A DNA stretch of 64,000 bases from Octopus sinensis (Eukaryota). The DNA lies in contig NC_043005.1 of assembly GCF_006345805.1 (NCBI RefSeq), positions 59,830,001-59,894,000 on the forward strand. The letters are read 5' to 3'. The position numbers and the translations under genes were made by a program. The first letter of the stretch is position 1, and each line of letters opens with the position of its first letter. A model generated the notes under the pieces. That model ran no database searches. It worked only from the letters and a program-made list of their open reading frames with translations, and was not told the origin of the DNA. This document shows, piece by piece, positions 1 through 15,025 of this stretch.

Positions 1-728
1 TACTCATAGAGTGAAAATTACTACTGCACAATAAAAAATAATTTGTTTTTCCAAATAGTCCACTTCTGCTAAAACTGCTGCTGTGGCCACAATCTAGTAG
101 TTTGCTCCTTTCCTTGAACTCATAAATTCCCTTACTGTTAATCGCAAATATGCAAATCAATCAAATTATTTGAACATTTTCCCAGTTATAGTTTAATTGT
201 ATTGACAATAAAATATATCTTTTACAATTTCCGCATCATGAAAGTAATGTGATGTACATTACAATTTCTGAATCGTTCAAAATTATTTCCTCATCCGAAT
301 GATTTGTAAGGCTATTGAAATTTGAAATTGCTATAACAAAATTAGTTTCTCCTCTGGAATTTTAAATAACGTTCTAAACATTTAAAATATTGTAAAATCT
401 TTAAATAGCACTCCCACTTCAATGTTGGGGCTTCATAATCTTGTAGAATGATTAGTGCCTTTGATTCTATTGTTATTTTGTATGTTAGAAAATTTTGAAG
501 TATTTCCTGCAATGTTATTTTAATAAGCAATTTCAATAAAACATATACGTACACGTATAAAATTCTCTACAATTTTCGCAAGTTCTTTATTGTATTTTTC
601 TCTCTCTCTCATACATGAGACCAGCCTTTGCATATTAATGTTCCACCTCAAGAGAAATATATTTCCAAATAAATGTTAAATATAACGTTTTCTGGATTTT
701 TTCTCATTGGTAAAAATACTGTTCATTG

Positions 729-730
<2 letters not shown>

Positions 731-798
<68 letters not shown>
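731..798. repeat. (TA)n microsatellite
   Basis: Pure TA run; explains the IYIYIY ORFs here. Confidence 0.97.
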
Positions 799-806
<8 letters not shown>

Positions 807-1779
807 ATGTATGTCTATATATATGTATATACATATGCATGTGAGCATATGTGTATGTATGCATATTGATATATTTGTAATATTGATGAGAATGCTATTT
901 GCAGCTCACATTAAACTAGTTGAAATATATATATAATAAACCTTGTTTTACTTTCATATTTTTGTACATAAATCATTTTGTAAAACTAGATATAAAACTC
1001 AGATAAATGTCTATAGAAAATGAAACAAGACTTATATTTAATGATTACCAAATGAATTTGTTTTCCATTTACTAATACATTTCTGTTATGAATTGCAATT
1101 TGGAGCCGAAGAATAAGCGATAAATTTGTTTGCGACTCGATTTCCTTTCGCATTCTGAACTTAAAAAATATTGTATAACAATTATTAAAGCGGTAAAATT
1201 TGGAAAATTGAAAGTATGTTAAAATATTGCTAGGTTGGCAGAAGAGATAGTGCTAGCCGTGTATTGGCAAAAGTAAGGAAATCGTGGGATAAACTGGTGG
1301 TAGATTAGCAGAACTGGTAGAGCGTAGGACAATATGCACTGAAGTACTTAATTACGACATGCTAAGTTCTCAAGTCGAACTGCAGCCAGGAAGACAGCTT
1401 TTCATCTAGGCGGGAGCGGTTGAGTAGCCTACAAGGTTCAATATATTTCACTGATTCCAAATGTGTGCCTTTGTCCGAATGTGAGCACTTTTAATAGTAG
1501 TAGAAGTAGTTTTATGGCTTTTCTATATTCTCATAAATGTCTTTACATCACCCTACGAGGCAAAGGATCGCAAAATTTTTCATCGCTTACTTGTTTCCGT
1601 CATTGGTCTGCGGCCAAGTGGGAATACCGCTCTGAAGTCGAACATATCAATCTCAGTACATGTTTTGTTTTTAAATATCGATTATTCCCTCGATATTTTG
1701 CTAAAACTAAAACGGACGTAATCAAACCAAAACCGGTTAGAAGAGAGACATGAATACAATACTCACCAAAATGCACACC

Positions 1780-1826
<47 letters not shown>

Positions 1827-1828
1827 TT

Positions 1829-1885
<57 letters not shown>

Positions 1886-1917
1886 GTTTGTGTGTAAGTG
1901 TATGTGGATGTGCATAT

Positions 1918-2070
1918 ACGATAGGCTTTCACACAGTTTCCGCGTACCAAATTCATTCAAAGGCATTAACAGGCCATGAGCTATAGCATGAAAAGATTAC
2001 CTAAGATACCGTGCAGTGGGACGGAAATCGAAACTATGTGGTTGTAAAGTGAAACCCTTCATCATACATT
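1918..2070 (-). mobile_element. Degenerate 5' half of tRNA-derived SINE family A
   Basis: ggctttc.cacagtttccgcgtaccaaattcattcaaaggc...accgtgcagtgggacggaaatc is the reverse complement of the head/body of the copy at 58508-58922. Confidence 0.65.
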
Positions 2071-2294
2071 CCTGTAGAGTAATTTACAAAAGAATTCACA
2101 ATATCATTAACATCAATTGTAATTTCCTAATTTCTATCATATCAGGCACAACATCACAGGCAATCCTTCTGGGATCGATGAAATATATTAACATTCAAAT
2201 AGTGAGGAAGAGTAAAACTCCTTATCTTCCAAAACGTTCGTAGATCTGTGTATATGCTATAAACCATCATTATTAATATTTCCCCTCCGAATGC

Positions 2295-2530
2295 AGTGAG
2301 CTGTTAGAATGGTTAACGCGCCAGCAAATGCTTAACAGCATTTCTTCTGACTCGAGATTCCGAGCTCAAATACTTTGGGGGTTGACTTTGCCTTTCATTC
2401 TTTGGGGTTCGACTTTGCCTTTCATTCTTTGGGGTTCGATAAAATAAGTACCAGCTGAGCACCGGGGTCGATGTAATCGACTTACAACTTACCCAAAGTT
2501 GTTAGCCTTGCTTCAAAACTTCAAACTAAT
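2295..2530 (+). mobile_element. SINE family B copy with internal 27-bp duplication
   Basis: gagctgttagaatggttaacgcgcc...gagctcaaat...gactttgcctttcattctttggggttc (x2)...gataaaataagtaccag...ggggtcgatgtaatcgactt; matches 5288-5521. Confidence 0.8.
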
Positions 2531-2679
2531 AACTTCTTATGAGTGGTCTATAGCTAGAGGTTAATGTAATATGTAGCCGGTTTTAACCCGGTTCTTTTCA
2601 TACTGAGTTGAAATCTCTCCGAGGCTCCGGAGGCGGTAAAAAATTACTGAAATCGATTCACTTAAATTTTCCTTTTCTT

Positions 2680-2922
2680 TGCGCCCTTTTAAAGCCTAGC
2701 CAGGCTCATGGGCCCGGTTCCCCGGTTTCAATGGTGTATGTGTTCCCCAGCTGTGTTCCGCCAGTCCATCGCAGCGTTACTCATTTTGCCAGCTGAGTGG
2801 ACTGGAACAACGTGAAATCAAGTGTTTTGCTCAAGAACACAACGAGTTGCCCGGTCAAGGAATTGAAACCACAGTTTTACGATCATGTTGCTGACACTCT
2901 AACCACTAAGCCACACGCCCAC
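2680..2922 (-). mobile_element. tRNA-derived SINE family C copy
   Basis: Reverse strand begins ggcgtgtggcttagtggttagagtg (A box), then gtttcaattcc (B-box-like); body similar to 44650-44898 and 6561-6861. Confidence 0.8.
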
Positions 2923-3444
2923 CCCACTTAAATATTACCATCCTTTAACAGTCTATGTGGCTGTCAGGAAACAGTTTCCACTCTTTACGGTTTTGCGATT
3001 TTACTTCAGGCTCATTAGGTTCTGAGTTCAAATCTCGTAGCGATCAAATTTTCCTTCTCAATTTCAGGGTGGATAAAATAAAATATCTATCAAGTACCGG
3101 GGTCGATGGTATCGACTATCCTACTTCTCTGAAATATTCTGGTCCTATACTTAATTTAGAAACCATCACTATTTTTATTACCCTTCACTGATATAATATT
3201 TCAGCTTCATATTGGGGACCCAGTGATCATCAATTTAATAAAAGAACACAAACTGACATAACATAAGTAGATTATCCAGCAGAAATATTTGACTTTATTT
3301 CAACAATTTGACCTTAATTGTTTAGTAGTACCTGCAAACACTTCCACAGTGAATAATGTAATCTAGTTGCTTTATGTGTACTTACATCTAAGTAAATAGC
3401 AGCTGTTGATATGTTGGTGTTAATGCTGATGTTAATGTATTCTC

Positions 3445-3790
3445 TGTCGCTGTCAACGATGAGCATTCGCTCCGATTAACTGAACTGTCTACTAGTTAAG
3501 TTAACATATAAGTGACTGAGTAAACCACACATGCACTTTAAATGTCGCTCACAGACTTAATCTTTTGTTTATATTGGTCTCTGGAGTCGGAGAAAGATGG
3601 TTCTGCAATTTCTTGCTGAACAAGCTGCACAGATGATTTCCTTGTAGTGAATAAATTTTTGCACTGTAAATGATCTTATGCCCGCTTGAACAGGTGCTCT
3701 GTGCACCATACCTCAGACGTCGAAGTGATCGTAAAGCAATGCGAGATGAACTGTTTTGCTCAAGAACAACGCGCGCCACCTACAATTTCA
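3445..3790 (+). mobile_element. Degenerate SINE (family D)
   Basis: gctccgattaactgaactg...ccacacatgcac resembles 63833-64000; 3' part ...ttttgctcaagaacaacgcgcgcc resembles an inverted family C head. Confidence 0.4.
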
Positions 3791-4745
3791 CAATCGCGCG
3801 TGGAACACCTCGAAATCCTACGCTATGTGATCTCACTATCAGACTTAAATATATAGATAAAATATATGGCAAAACTAGATATTTAAATTACAGTTCTAAT
3901 CTAGATACAATAAGATAAGATTATTACAGTTATAGTAAGATAAAGTCTAATTGTTTGAACAGGATATTTATTACATGCAATTTCCCAAAAACAAATGCTC
4001 ATACAATAAATTTGAAATCCTCTTTCCTGTTATACACTGATATTTTGGTTTACGAATTTAGTTGATTTGATTTATGAATTTAGTTGATTTAAAATAATCA
4101 TCACCTTTATTGAGCACAACTATGATCAATGTCGACCAAAGCATGGCCATTACGCATATTCAAATTGAAATAAAGATATCTTAAGGACCACATTATGAAC
4201 GTAAACTTTCGCTTTTTGAGCAAGCAGATTTGATTAGAAGTTTCGTACTAGATTTAGCTGCTATTTCTAGCTCGTCGAGCGACAGCTTAAAGGATCCTTA
4301 GTTCGAGAATGTAACGTAGACAACAAAGCGAGTGTTAATTAATCAGTAATTCATATTAACTGCGTAGATAAATTAGTGAGTTCACTAATTTAATTACTAT
4401 TTTTGTTTCAGCTATTTATGCCATTGTCGTCGTCAACTCTGAGTCCATCTACGTTGCTGCCGTAATCATCTCCATCGTCGCTACTTGTTGTTCCAAGATT
4501 AACCCTGCTGCGTTTGAAAAGACATCTAATCGAAGCCATTGTTACGATGATGTCCCTTTCCTAATATGTCCCTTATTTTAAGAGAGTGCGGTGTGATTTA
4601 AGACAATTTTAGGCGCTATTTTCTAGCAAATCACTTGACATTATGGATGATTTCTTGTCGATAATGATAAAGAGCGAAGGAAAAACGGTGTTACTGAAGC
4701 CTCATTTCTCATATGTATCGCGTGCCTGGCGAATAATTTACGTAT

Positions 4746-5166
4746 TATTCTTTTATTCTTTTACTAGTTTATTTGTTTCAGACATGTGACTTCGACGGTG
4801 TTGGAGCACTACCTTAAGGGATTTTAGTCGAACAAATCGACCGCTGGACATGTTTTTCTAAGCCTAATACTTATCCTATCGGTCTCTTCTATCGAACCGC
4901 TAAGTTACGGGAACATAAACACACCAGCAGCGGTCGTCAAGCGATGGTGGGGGTTAAACACAGACACACACACTCACTCATATACATACGACTGGCTTCC
5001 TTCACTTTCCGTCTACCAAATCCAAATCCACTCCCAAGGATTTGATCGTCCCGAGGATATAGTAGAAGACACTTGCCCAAGGGGGAAACCTCAGCCTTAC
5101 ATGCTTTCCGCGAGTAACTATTTCCTCCAGTCAAAAAGTCAACCGAGAGCTCTTAATGCCGCTCCT
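4746..5166 (-). mobile_element. SINE family A, near full length
   Basis: Reverse complement of ...ccttgggcaagtgtcttctactat...ggatttggtagacggaaa...cccgtaacttagcggttcg...ctgaaacaaataaa. Confidence 0.85.
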
Positions 5167-5211
5167 ATCTTACAATTTAAGCATTTCTCATTCACACATG
5201 CTTCAGAGATG

Positions 5212-5263
<52 letters not shown>

Positions 5264-5600
5264 TTACTACAGCCACCACCACCACTACCTATTTCTTTAT
5301 TACCCACAAGGGGCTAAACATAGAGGGTCAAACAAGGACAGACATAGGTATTAAGTCGATTATATCGACCCCAGTGCGTAACTGGTACTTAATTTATCGA
5401 CCCCGAAAGGATGAAAGGCAAAGTCGACCTCGGCAGAATTTGAACTCACAGCGTAACGACAGACGAAATACGGCTACGCATTTCGCCCGGCGTGCTAACG
5501 TTTCTGCCAGCTCGCCGCCTTGCCACCACCACCACCACTACCACCACCACCACCACCACTACCACCACCACCACCACCACTACCACAACAACAACAACAA
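5212..5600. repeat. (ACT)n/(ACC)n trinucleotide tracts flanking a SINE insertion
   Basis: Direct reading; the SINE at 5288-5521 interrupts the tract. Confidence 0.9.
5288..5521 (-). mobile_element. SINE family B, full length
   Basis: Minus strand: ggcggcgagctggcagaaacgttagcacgccgggcg...gagttcaaattc (B box)...ggtcgactttgcctttcatcctttcggggtcgataaattaagtacc...aataaagaaatag; many similar copies in window. Confidence 0.9.
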
Positions 5601-6560
5601 ATCATACCTGCACTATACCATTTTATTTCTTTATATATTATGTTTAGTATCAGTACAGAATCGCATATGCCGTTATAGAAGATTCTTAGAATTATAATTG
5701 CTCATTAAGTCAAGTATAGCAGCATCTTCTTGCAAGTTCTATTGTTGCAGCTTAAGAGAAGACGCATTTTATGCTCTTGCAAAAGAAGTCCAGCTAGAGG
5801 CTGGAAAGCGACAAGATCTTATTCATTTGTCAACGAAGCATTGTATGAATGACACTTGTTGCCAACTCTTTCTCCGTAAAATAAACCCATAAATCTGTAA
5901 TAAAGTACACCTTGAAGAGTAGCAATAGAATGATAATGCAATTTAGGAATGTTTCGCAGCTGGACACCTTAATTAAATTTTATCTTAGGTAGGTGGAAGA
6001 ATCTGATTCGTAAAGACGAGCTTGAGTATACATTGGAAGTAAATAATTTGTTGTGGATCTCTCTTTATTTTCTGGATTAAAATCCTTCAGAGATCAACGG
6101 CATGTTTCATTCTTTTAGGTTTGATGGAATGGGCTGCTCTTATTTACTAAATTATAATATACACACACACACAAAAATAAAACAGATACTCAGCCTTACA
6201 CAAAAATATAAAATGATGGTTGTATTCTTCAATAACTGTTTATACGATATCGCTATACATAAGACAAAGACTTTATTATATAGTTAACCAAGAGCATTCC
6301 ATTGTTATAAATACCAAACACGACACCCTCTCAATGAATTCATTTGAAGCTGTATATATATTTTATACAAAACATGAGTCTATAGGCTGCTCGTCTAATC
6401 ATGTCGCATAAAAATGTCAATCTTATAATCTTTGCGTTGTTGTTTAGTTACAGTGGCCGTGACAGGATAGATCTTTGAGCAAAAGTGTTCAAGCAATGAT
6501 AACATCACAATTACATGCTGCATTGTGTATCTAAGGCTACACATAATCTCAAACGTATGG

Positions 6561-6861
6561 TTTGTTCCTTCTCGAGCCATGTCTGGCTCATAAGGGCCAG
6601 TTTCCCGGATTCATTGGCGTATAGGTTCCCCACCTGGACGGGACGCCGGTCCGTCGCAGGTGAGCTGCAAGATGTAGGAGGAAAAGAGTGAGAGAAAGTT
6701 GTGGCGAAAGAGTCAGCAGAAGTTTGCCATTACCTTCTGCCGGAGTACGTGGAGCTTAGGTGTTTCGGTCATAAACACACACATCGCCCGGTCTGAGATT
6801 AGAACCCGCGATCCCTCGATCGCGAGTCTGTTGCTCTAACCACTAGGCCATGTGCCTCCAC
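6561..6861 (-). mobile_element. tRNA-derived SINE family C, full length
   Basis: Minus strand: tggcctagtggttagagc (A box)...gggttctaatct (B-box-like)...cctgcgacggaccggcgtcccgtccagg...ggctcgagaaggaac tail. Confidence 0.88.
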
Positions 6862-6914
6862 AGTCTCAAACGTATGGAAATTGACAAAATAATTAAACTA
6901 GAATAGAGGAAAAA

Positions 6915-7030
6915 TATTTTGGCACTAGGATAGCTATTTCTGGAGAAGGATTAAGTCGATTACATCGATCCCATTGCCCAGCTGGTACGTATTTATCGAT
7001 CCCGAAAGGATGAAAGGCAAAGTTAACCTC
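6915..7030 (-). mobile_element. SINE family B fragment
   Basis: agtcgattacatcgatccc...tcgatcccgaaaggatgaaaggcaaagttaacc. Confidence 0.75.
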
Positions 7031-8078
7031 ATTGCAGTGTTGCTTAGCAATAATGATATCAATAATTCTAATAGCGTTTATAGTTTTTGACGCCGACGAC
7101 GACATTAATGTACGCGCTCAGTATTATGATGATCATAGAATTGTTAGTCTTAATTGTAGCAATGGCAATAATGGTGTTAATATCTGTTAAAGGCCATTGT
7201 CATGATACTCAAAATGACGGTGATGATAGAAAGGAGAAAAGAAGGATAACCATGATGATGGAAGTAGTGCAGGTGTTGGATACAAAGGTGATATTGGTTG
7301 TGATTTTGCAGCTGGTTGAGTCATTAGAGTACCATTGTATTCTGACTCAGCAAATGTGGGATCGAGTCCCACCCAGAGCCAGGATTGTTTTCTTTTTTTC
7401 CTTTCGTGGTCGTCAAATGTCCAAGTCTGCAGCAATGTATTGGTTGCACTGTGAACATTTTAGATCGAATTAACAGCGGTATTTGCTTCCATTCTGTATT
7501 TTTGAGTAAGAATACAAAAATGGCACTGTATCTGAAAAGAACTCTCGCCAATCCACAGGTCTAGCGTAGTAAGCGACAACAGTACATTCTCAAAACATAG
7601 GTCAGCATATAATAGATGGTGCTAAGGGGTGGAGTTCAGAGACAGTATCTCCACCCCGAGAGATCTCTTGCTCTGGTAAATAAATTAAAGCTTGGATGAT
7701 TAGGAATGTTCTGACTCCATGGTGATCAGGGTAACATTATTAATAATAATAATGGTCACAGTGAACTAAATACCCATACAGATGCTAGAAAATATGGACA
7801 CGTTGGAGCATATGTCTGTATTTTTCATATGAGCACTTACTGTAAGCAAACGATAAATTGATTGGATATTGCTTAATATAGCCTGAAGCAAGAATGTGCA
7901 ATGAAGTTTCCGTGAATTATTTTAGTCAATTTCTATAATAATATAGTGATGATTTTGAATTTTCGAATGTATATTTTTACGAAAATCAAATCTCATGAGA
8001 TACATGTGAAAGTTATCTGGATACATAATGCATATATGCATACCTCAATATCTTTCCAATCTTTACCGTCTCTCTCTC

Positions 8079-8328
<250 letters not shown>

Positions 8329-8540
8329 GCAAATTTGAGGCGACAAATTTATGGTTGCTGCAATATTGACGACTATTTTCTCTAATTCGTAAATGTAATC
8401 GTATGCACTCCCCCACACACACAAACACACGCAAACACACAAACACGTGCATAGTCATATATTTGTATGCACGTATCGTATGTACACATGTATTTCTACG
8501 TATTCATATCAAGAATGAATGAAAGTGCGAATATACATAC

Positions 8541-8571
<31 letters not shown>

Positions 8572-9777
8572 TTTTGCCATTGACGTCAATAAAACCTGAA
8601 TTAAACTTATGGTATAGCGATTACACAACTCAAATATTAATGAATTAGAACATAACCTCTCAAAATTATGTTGTTGCTGTTGGTTACTAAGAGGTTAGCG
8701 CAGCAATATATTTTATTTTCACGCTTATTTATATAGCAGTACATCGGCTAATGTGTCATTTCTTTGAAGATGTTCAGATGAGATTCAAGGGACATTTAGT
8801 GGCTATTTCTACCAGTTCGAACATCAATTAAGGGCCCGTGCGTTTGTTTGCTCATAAACATGTTCTGTAATGAGGTATTTAAGATCATGAAAATCTTTGA
8901 CCGTTTCTGATGACTCCATGGTGGGCACAGCGGACAAAGGATTTTCGATAATTAGTGCGGTTGTTTACATCCTTCTGAATCCAAGTACAGCCGAGGTTAA
9001 ATTTGTTTTCTTTCCTATTGAAATCGATATGATGTATGAGTTAAGTGCTGGGGCGATTTTCTGTATCTGTTTATCTCTCTGACTCTCACTTTCTGGGAAT
9101 CGGCTGCTTTTCACGAATAGTGGCAAAATCTAAAATCAGAACGCTAAGAGCTAGAATGAATATCGCATTGAATATTGTCCTTTGCATTAACGGCTCTGCT
9201 AAGTTAGCTACCTTTCTTGTCTGTTTTTCAAGCTGATTATCTAGCTTAATACATAGTGAATCAGCTCCATTTGTAAGACGGTAGTTCGTGACTTGAGGGC
9301 TATTTAGCTGTTTTTCAACTAAGTCCAGTGATAAGGTACATGTTTACAGCGTTGTACTTGCTTTTATTTGTGCCATATTATAGTATAGGTATCTACGTTT
9401 GGCGATTTTCTATATCTAGCATAGAGTTTTGTAAATGTTATTTCAGCCAATGTACGCTGTAAAAAAACTTTTCTGTTACAGAGACATCAGATCATTTCAT
9501 GTGATAAATGCGGAGTCTTCACACAAAGGAATTTTATAGTTACATATGTTAGAGGAATTCAGTATTTTAAGCTCTCTGTATGTTTACTTAGCTGGAAGAG
9601 AAATAAGTTTTTTTAAAACTTGGAGCCTCCTTAATGTGCTTTTCAAATTATCAACATGGCTTTCGGTATTATCATGGTTCTAAAGAGGCACCAGTTACCG
9701 TGTTATTCAAAGTAACAATATGCTGCTGTGCTGTATAAAATTACGATAAGGAGACACCAGTCAAGGACATACAAATA

Positions 9778-9840
9778 TCTATATCTATATCTATATCTAT
9801 ATGTCTGTCTATCTATCTATCTATCTACATATCTACCTAC

Positions 9841-9936
<96 letters not shown>

Positions 9937-9952
9937 ATCTATATATATATAT
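9778..9952. repeat. (ATCT)n tetranucleotide microsatellite
   Basis: Direct reading. Confidence 0.96.
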
Positions 9953-12876
9953 ACATTGGAGAAGATTAAGGTTAAGCCTTCTTAATACCCGATATATCAG
10001 CTTCTGATATAACTGTGTTGAACTATAAAATGAGAATGTAATAAGACTTGGGCAAATACAAATAGATCTACCTGTTTTAAAGCTCTTTAAATATGTTAAT
10101 TATAGCTTTTACATAGGTATTCTGAAAGCTGTATTTTATCACTTGCCTAAGAAACGATCATGTAAGATTTTTCTACAGCAAAGTATGAACATGAAAGATT
10201 TCGCTTCAGTACTTTGCAACATCAATAAAATTAGGATAATTTACTATCATTGTACCAAATTACAGAGATGTTTTTGATATAAGTTGCAAGCATACACATA
10301 TAGAGAACTAAGATGATGCTATGATGAAAAGCATCGCCTCTTTTTGGCTTGTAGTCACATGCTCGCTCTTATAGATATGGTGAGGGAAATTACGTTACAA
10401 AAGTTGTTTATTCTTTCCATATCCCGATAACAGTATGAATTATAACAGAGAATAATAAGTCATACAACTGGCTATACCTTCGTTATTATGTTAGCCAAAA
10501 AGGCAAAGCATAAATTTGGTTTAATTTCTGACTGCATGTAGAAAATTTAAGACACATTGAGTCATTATCTGATGGGAGTACAAAGTTAAAGTCTGCCATC
10601 TTTACAATGATATTTATGAACGTAATCATCAAAAAATCGCAGAAATGATATTGAAACACACTATTTCAATATCATATTGAACTAAAGTATTACACACATT
10701 AAATAAGAAAAATATATCTAAAATAAATTGATATTTAATATCTTTATCACTAGATATTTTCTGGTTATGGATAGCAATTCATAATTGATTGATGGGTTTC
10801 AGATGGATCAAATACGACAGGTAATACAGTGATTTAATATATTTGCACATGCAGAAAGATAAATGGCTTATCTTCTGTCACGTTGAAAATGATCCTCCCC
10901 ATGCTTCATTATAGAAGTGGGTTATAGGAAAATGTGAAAATGTCTGAACAATTATCGTACTTATAAGTGTTATACCATTTTCTTAATTAAGGTTAGTAGG
11001 ACTGATTTTGCTCGAGGGAGATATAGTAATTTCAATGTTACTATTTATCTTTATGCATTAAGGAATGTATTCCCAAGAAAATATTTCAGATAACTATAAA
11101 GGTTTGATAAGCTAATCTTTTTCATATCATACAGAAACACTTTCAATCCATCGTTTAATTTCATATTTCAATCAAAAGAGATGAGTATTGTAATCTCACT
11201 AATTCCAGTCTAACTGGTTGATATGAATAGTTTAATCTAACACTTTTCCGACTCATAAAAGATCCGTGGGGATCGGTCTTAACAACTGAAAGTGATAAGA
11301 ATCATTAAGATAACATATATACATACCTTAGGGCGGTGCTCCAGCATGGCCACCGTCAAATCAGTGAATCAAGTAAAAGAATACCGTTCTACTTCTAGAG
11401 AGTGTCGGTTTATCGCAAGTAACGTTAGCCGCAAGGAAAGGAAATTGAATTTACCTCCTAAGATATTGAATTACACATTTTCTCACTTGTACTTACGCTA
11501 TTTATAGAAGTAATTAATATCAAGTACAGTGCCTACATAAACTGAACTATTAGCCGTTGAATGCTGTACGTTCACCAAAAACACACAAACTAGACCAAGT
11601 AAAAATGCACTAGGACACCTCTCGCTTGGGAGAGATTTGTAGCAAGGGACTTGATTAATCTTACCGTCTCAGTTTCCATTGAAAACACTTAGCATGGCTT
11701 AAAAGGTTAGCATGTTTTTAAGGTTTTAAGGTTTAAAACTTGGTACCAACTAATGTATATATATATTTTTTTGGTTTAATGTTTTCACTGATAGGACTGC
11801 GGCCATGCTGGAGCTCCACCTTAATTTTCTGTCAGTGTTGTTGTCGCTTTATAACTGGAAATTGGTCTATAATAGAATATATAGCAGCTGATCTCTGAAT
11901 GCTTGTTTGGTTCGGTATAATCGTTAGGACTTTATGAGTATTTTAGCAGAGGTTCCTTCCATATTTATGATTACTTTTGGAAGACAACCCAGGACAGTGG
12001 ATGCGAGGAAATGTTATGAGATAAAGTAAGTCACCTTGCAGTACAATTTCCGACGCTTTGTGTTCTGACGACAGTCTCAGCGATGACACCGGTGCAAAGC
12101 TGTACCGCAGACGGCGGAATTTCCCTTCGATAAACATCAGTGGTACGGAGAGGGAAATCTTGCATGCTAGGTTTCACTAAAATACCTTCCCACGCCGGCT
12201 TATACATGCACAGACACATTGCCAACAAGGACTGGTGACGGTAACATTAAGTAAATATTATTTCGACACGCTTTCATTAACATATTCTCTCACTCACTCA
12301 CTCACTCACTCACTCACTCTCTCATTCACTCTCTATCTCTCTCTTTCTCTTTGTCCCTCTTTATCCCTTGTTGTCTCTCTATATCAAAGTATTACGAAAA
12401 TGTTTTGACTCTCTTGTGACAACAAATGTAGATTATCAACATCAAGAGATTGATATGAAGCAACTAGGTTATAGATTCGAGATCCTCGTCTGGCTCGTTC
12501 ACTAGAATACTACTTCTACAGTATTTCAAATCGTACATATACATACATACATACATACATACATACATACATACATACATACATACATGCATACATACAT
12601 ACATATATATATGTGTGTGTGTGTGTGTGTGTCCGTGTATCTGAGCGTGTGTCTGTGCATACACGCATGCACACACATATAAATGTATATAAAAGAAAAT
12701 AGCTATAAAAACAAGGCCAGTTTTCAAATGAATATAGTAAACTGTCGCATTATATTGCAGTTCTCTCAGAAGGAATTTTAGACTATTACGTATTTTAGAT
12801 CAAAGTTATTTTGAAGAAAAATATGCAAAGAGAAGAAAGATAACGTTACTGCTACATAAAATAAAACTGCAAAAGA

Positions 12877-12877
<1 letters not shown>

Positions 12878-12947
<70 letters not shown>

Positions 12948-12948
12948 C
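12878..12948. repeat. (AAT)n microsatellite
   Basis: Direct reading. Confidence 0.96.
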
Positions 12949-14062
12949 AGTACGATCAGTCAAAATTCTTTAAAATAAAGGCAAAAATGTTTTAAACATG
13001 CTGATCATTCAGGAAAAGCTAATTTATGGAAATAAAAGAGCTGAAAGGCGTACAAAGCTTGTCCTTAGCTGTTTAAAAGCAGAAAACTGATTTATATCGC
13101 CTTTGATCAGAAGAGGGTCTGATATGCATAGCTTCTGTTTCATTACCCGGTGGAAACTTTCCAGAATAGATTTGATACTTTTATAACATGAAATAAAAGA
13201 AATACCATAAGGTACTAGAATATTTTTTTGGAAGTTGCTTTATTCGTACTTAGTGATGGATTGTGTTTTAGATTATAGATTCTTTCAATAATGTGAAAAC
13301 CATTGCAGGCAGTCTAAGTTGGAGGATTGGTGCAGTTTGTTTATTTTTGTCCTGTTTTTTTTTCCAGTTTTAGCTTTGTGTTTAAAAACAAAATAATGTG
13401 GTATGAATATATTAAAAAAATAGGCTGCTAGTATTTCTGTTGCAATCCTTCGTCAGTTTGAATGATGCGCATTTCCTTATTCGAAAAACTAAATCGAACC
13501 TTTTATTTACAATGTACAACCAAAAAGATAGTGGCATGAATGGTTTCTTCCTGCATTGGACTATTATTTAACTCATCGAGCTCCAAGGACGAAATTGATC
13601 TCGCAGTGATTTGGTCACTGAATGGTCAATGAACGGACACGAATATTGCAAGGCATTCTATCCGATACTCTAACGGTTTTATCAGTTCCTCGCTTTAATT
13701 ACATATATAGGAAAGAAATGTGACAGATCGGCATCCCATCCAGGATAGGAATTTATACGCCAATGAAACCGGGAAACCGGCACTTATAAGCCAGGCATGG
13801 CCCGGGAATGAATAAACGACAATAGCAAAGAAAATTTAAGCTGTATTTTCTTAAGATAATTAGTTTCATAACCTCACGTAAAGTTTGCGAAAGCAGGTCA
13901 TGCAGTTTTATAGTTTTTCCCAAAGGGATTTTTCTGTGGATGATGTCAATAAGGAACTCGTTGTTCTTGATATTTCGTTGCTTGTTGATGTTGGTTAAAT
14001 ATATTCCTTAATATTTTAATCTATTTTGTTGACACCAATATTACAGCTCCATCAAAAGTCTG

Positions 14063-14270
14063 CAAACTGGCTGAATCGTTAGGACGTTGGGTAAGGTACT
14101 TAACAGCATTTCGTCTTTCTCTACGTTCTGAGTTCAAATTCCACTAAGATCAACTTTGCCTTTCATCCATTTGTTTGATTAAAAAATCAAGAACATTGGG
14201 GTTCATGTAATCGACTTTCCGTTCCGCTAAGATTTGTTGGCTTTGTACCAAAATTTGAAACAATATTACA
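14063..14270 (+). mobile_element. SINE family B, degenerate
   Basis: actggctgaatcgttag...acgttctgagttcaaattcc...caactttgcctttcatcc...gtaatcgactt. Confidence 0.75.
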
Positions 14271-14702
14271 GATCCATCTCTCGGGAAACCTAAGAATGTG
14301 ATTCCATTGTGTTAATGCTAAATACTTTGTTTTATCTCACAGGTTTGTTTAAATATGTGAATTGAAAGACGATTTATTAATCAAGCTCTCTTATGTTGGT
14401 GCATAAACTCACATTAACTATTTTCGTTTTAAAATTTCATTATATCTATTTATATAATAGTAAAGATATATAGGTTTCATGAATTAGAGTAATGAGTTGT
14501 GTGGGGACCGGCATGTCAAAGAAAATACCTAAAGTTTCTTTTCCGAGTCGTAAAAGGCAACTAAAAGAAGTTGAAGTAGGATTTCTACTTCGACGTCATA
14601 AAACTCTCACCAGCAACAACTATCCGAATAGACTCACGGGTTGGAGCGTTGTTGCCTAATTGGTGCAAAGGTGTCATCTACCTATTACAACGCATGCCCC
14701 CA

Positions 14703-14717
14703 TACTACTACTACTAT

Positions 14718-14791
<74 letters not shown>

Positions 14792-14812
14792 CTTCTGCTG
14801 CTGCTGCTGCTG

Positions 14813-14873
<61 letters not shown>

Positions 14874-14906
14874 CACTACTATTGCTGCTGCTGCTGCCAC
14901 TACTAT

Positions 14907-14976
<70 letters not shown>

Positions 14977-15025
14977 ACTACTACAACTACTGCTACTGCT
15001 ACCGCGCTGCGTCTGCTGCTGCTAC
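14703..15025. repeat. Mosaic (ACT)n/(GCT)n trinucleotide array
   Basis: Direct reading; source of the poly-T/A, poly-Y/C, poly-L and poly-V ORFs. Confidence 0.95.

Noticed and set aside
5101-5697. 198-aa ORF with poly-Thr and poly-His
   Set aside because: Made of trinucleotide repeats plus an antisense SINE.
5607-5894. Minus-strand segment bounded by AG/GT-like sites
   Set aside because: Stop codons in all three frames; no recognisable domain.
6790-6861. tRNA-like sequences at SINE heads
   Set aside because: No complete acceptor stem and contiguous with SINE bodies; not tRNA genes.
11943-12240. GC-richer segment with faint GIY-YIG-like words (MFIEGKFRRLRYSFA)
   Set aside because: Similarity too weak, and equally weak matches can be read on either strand.
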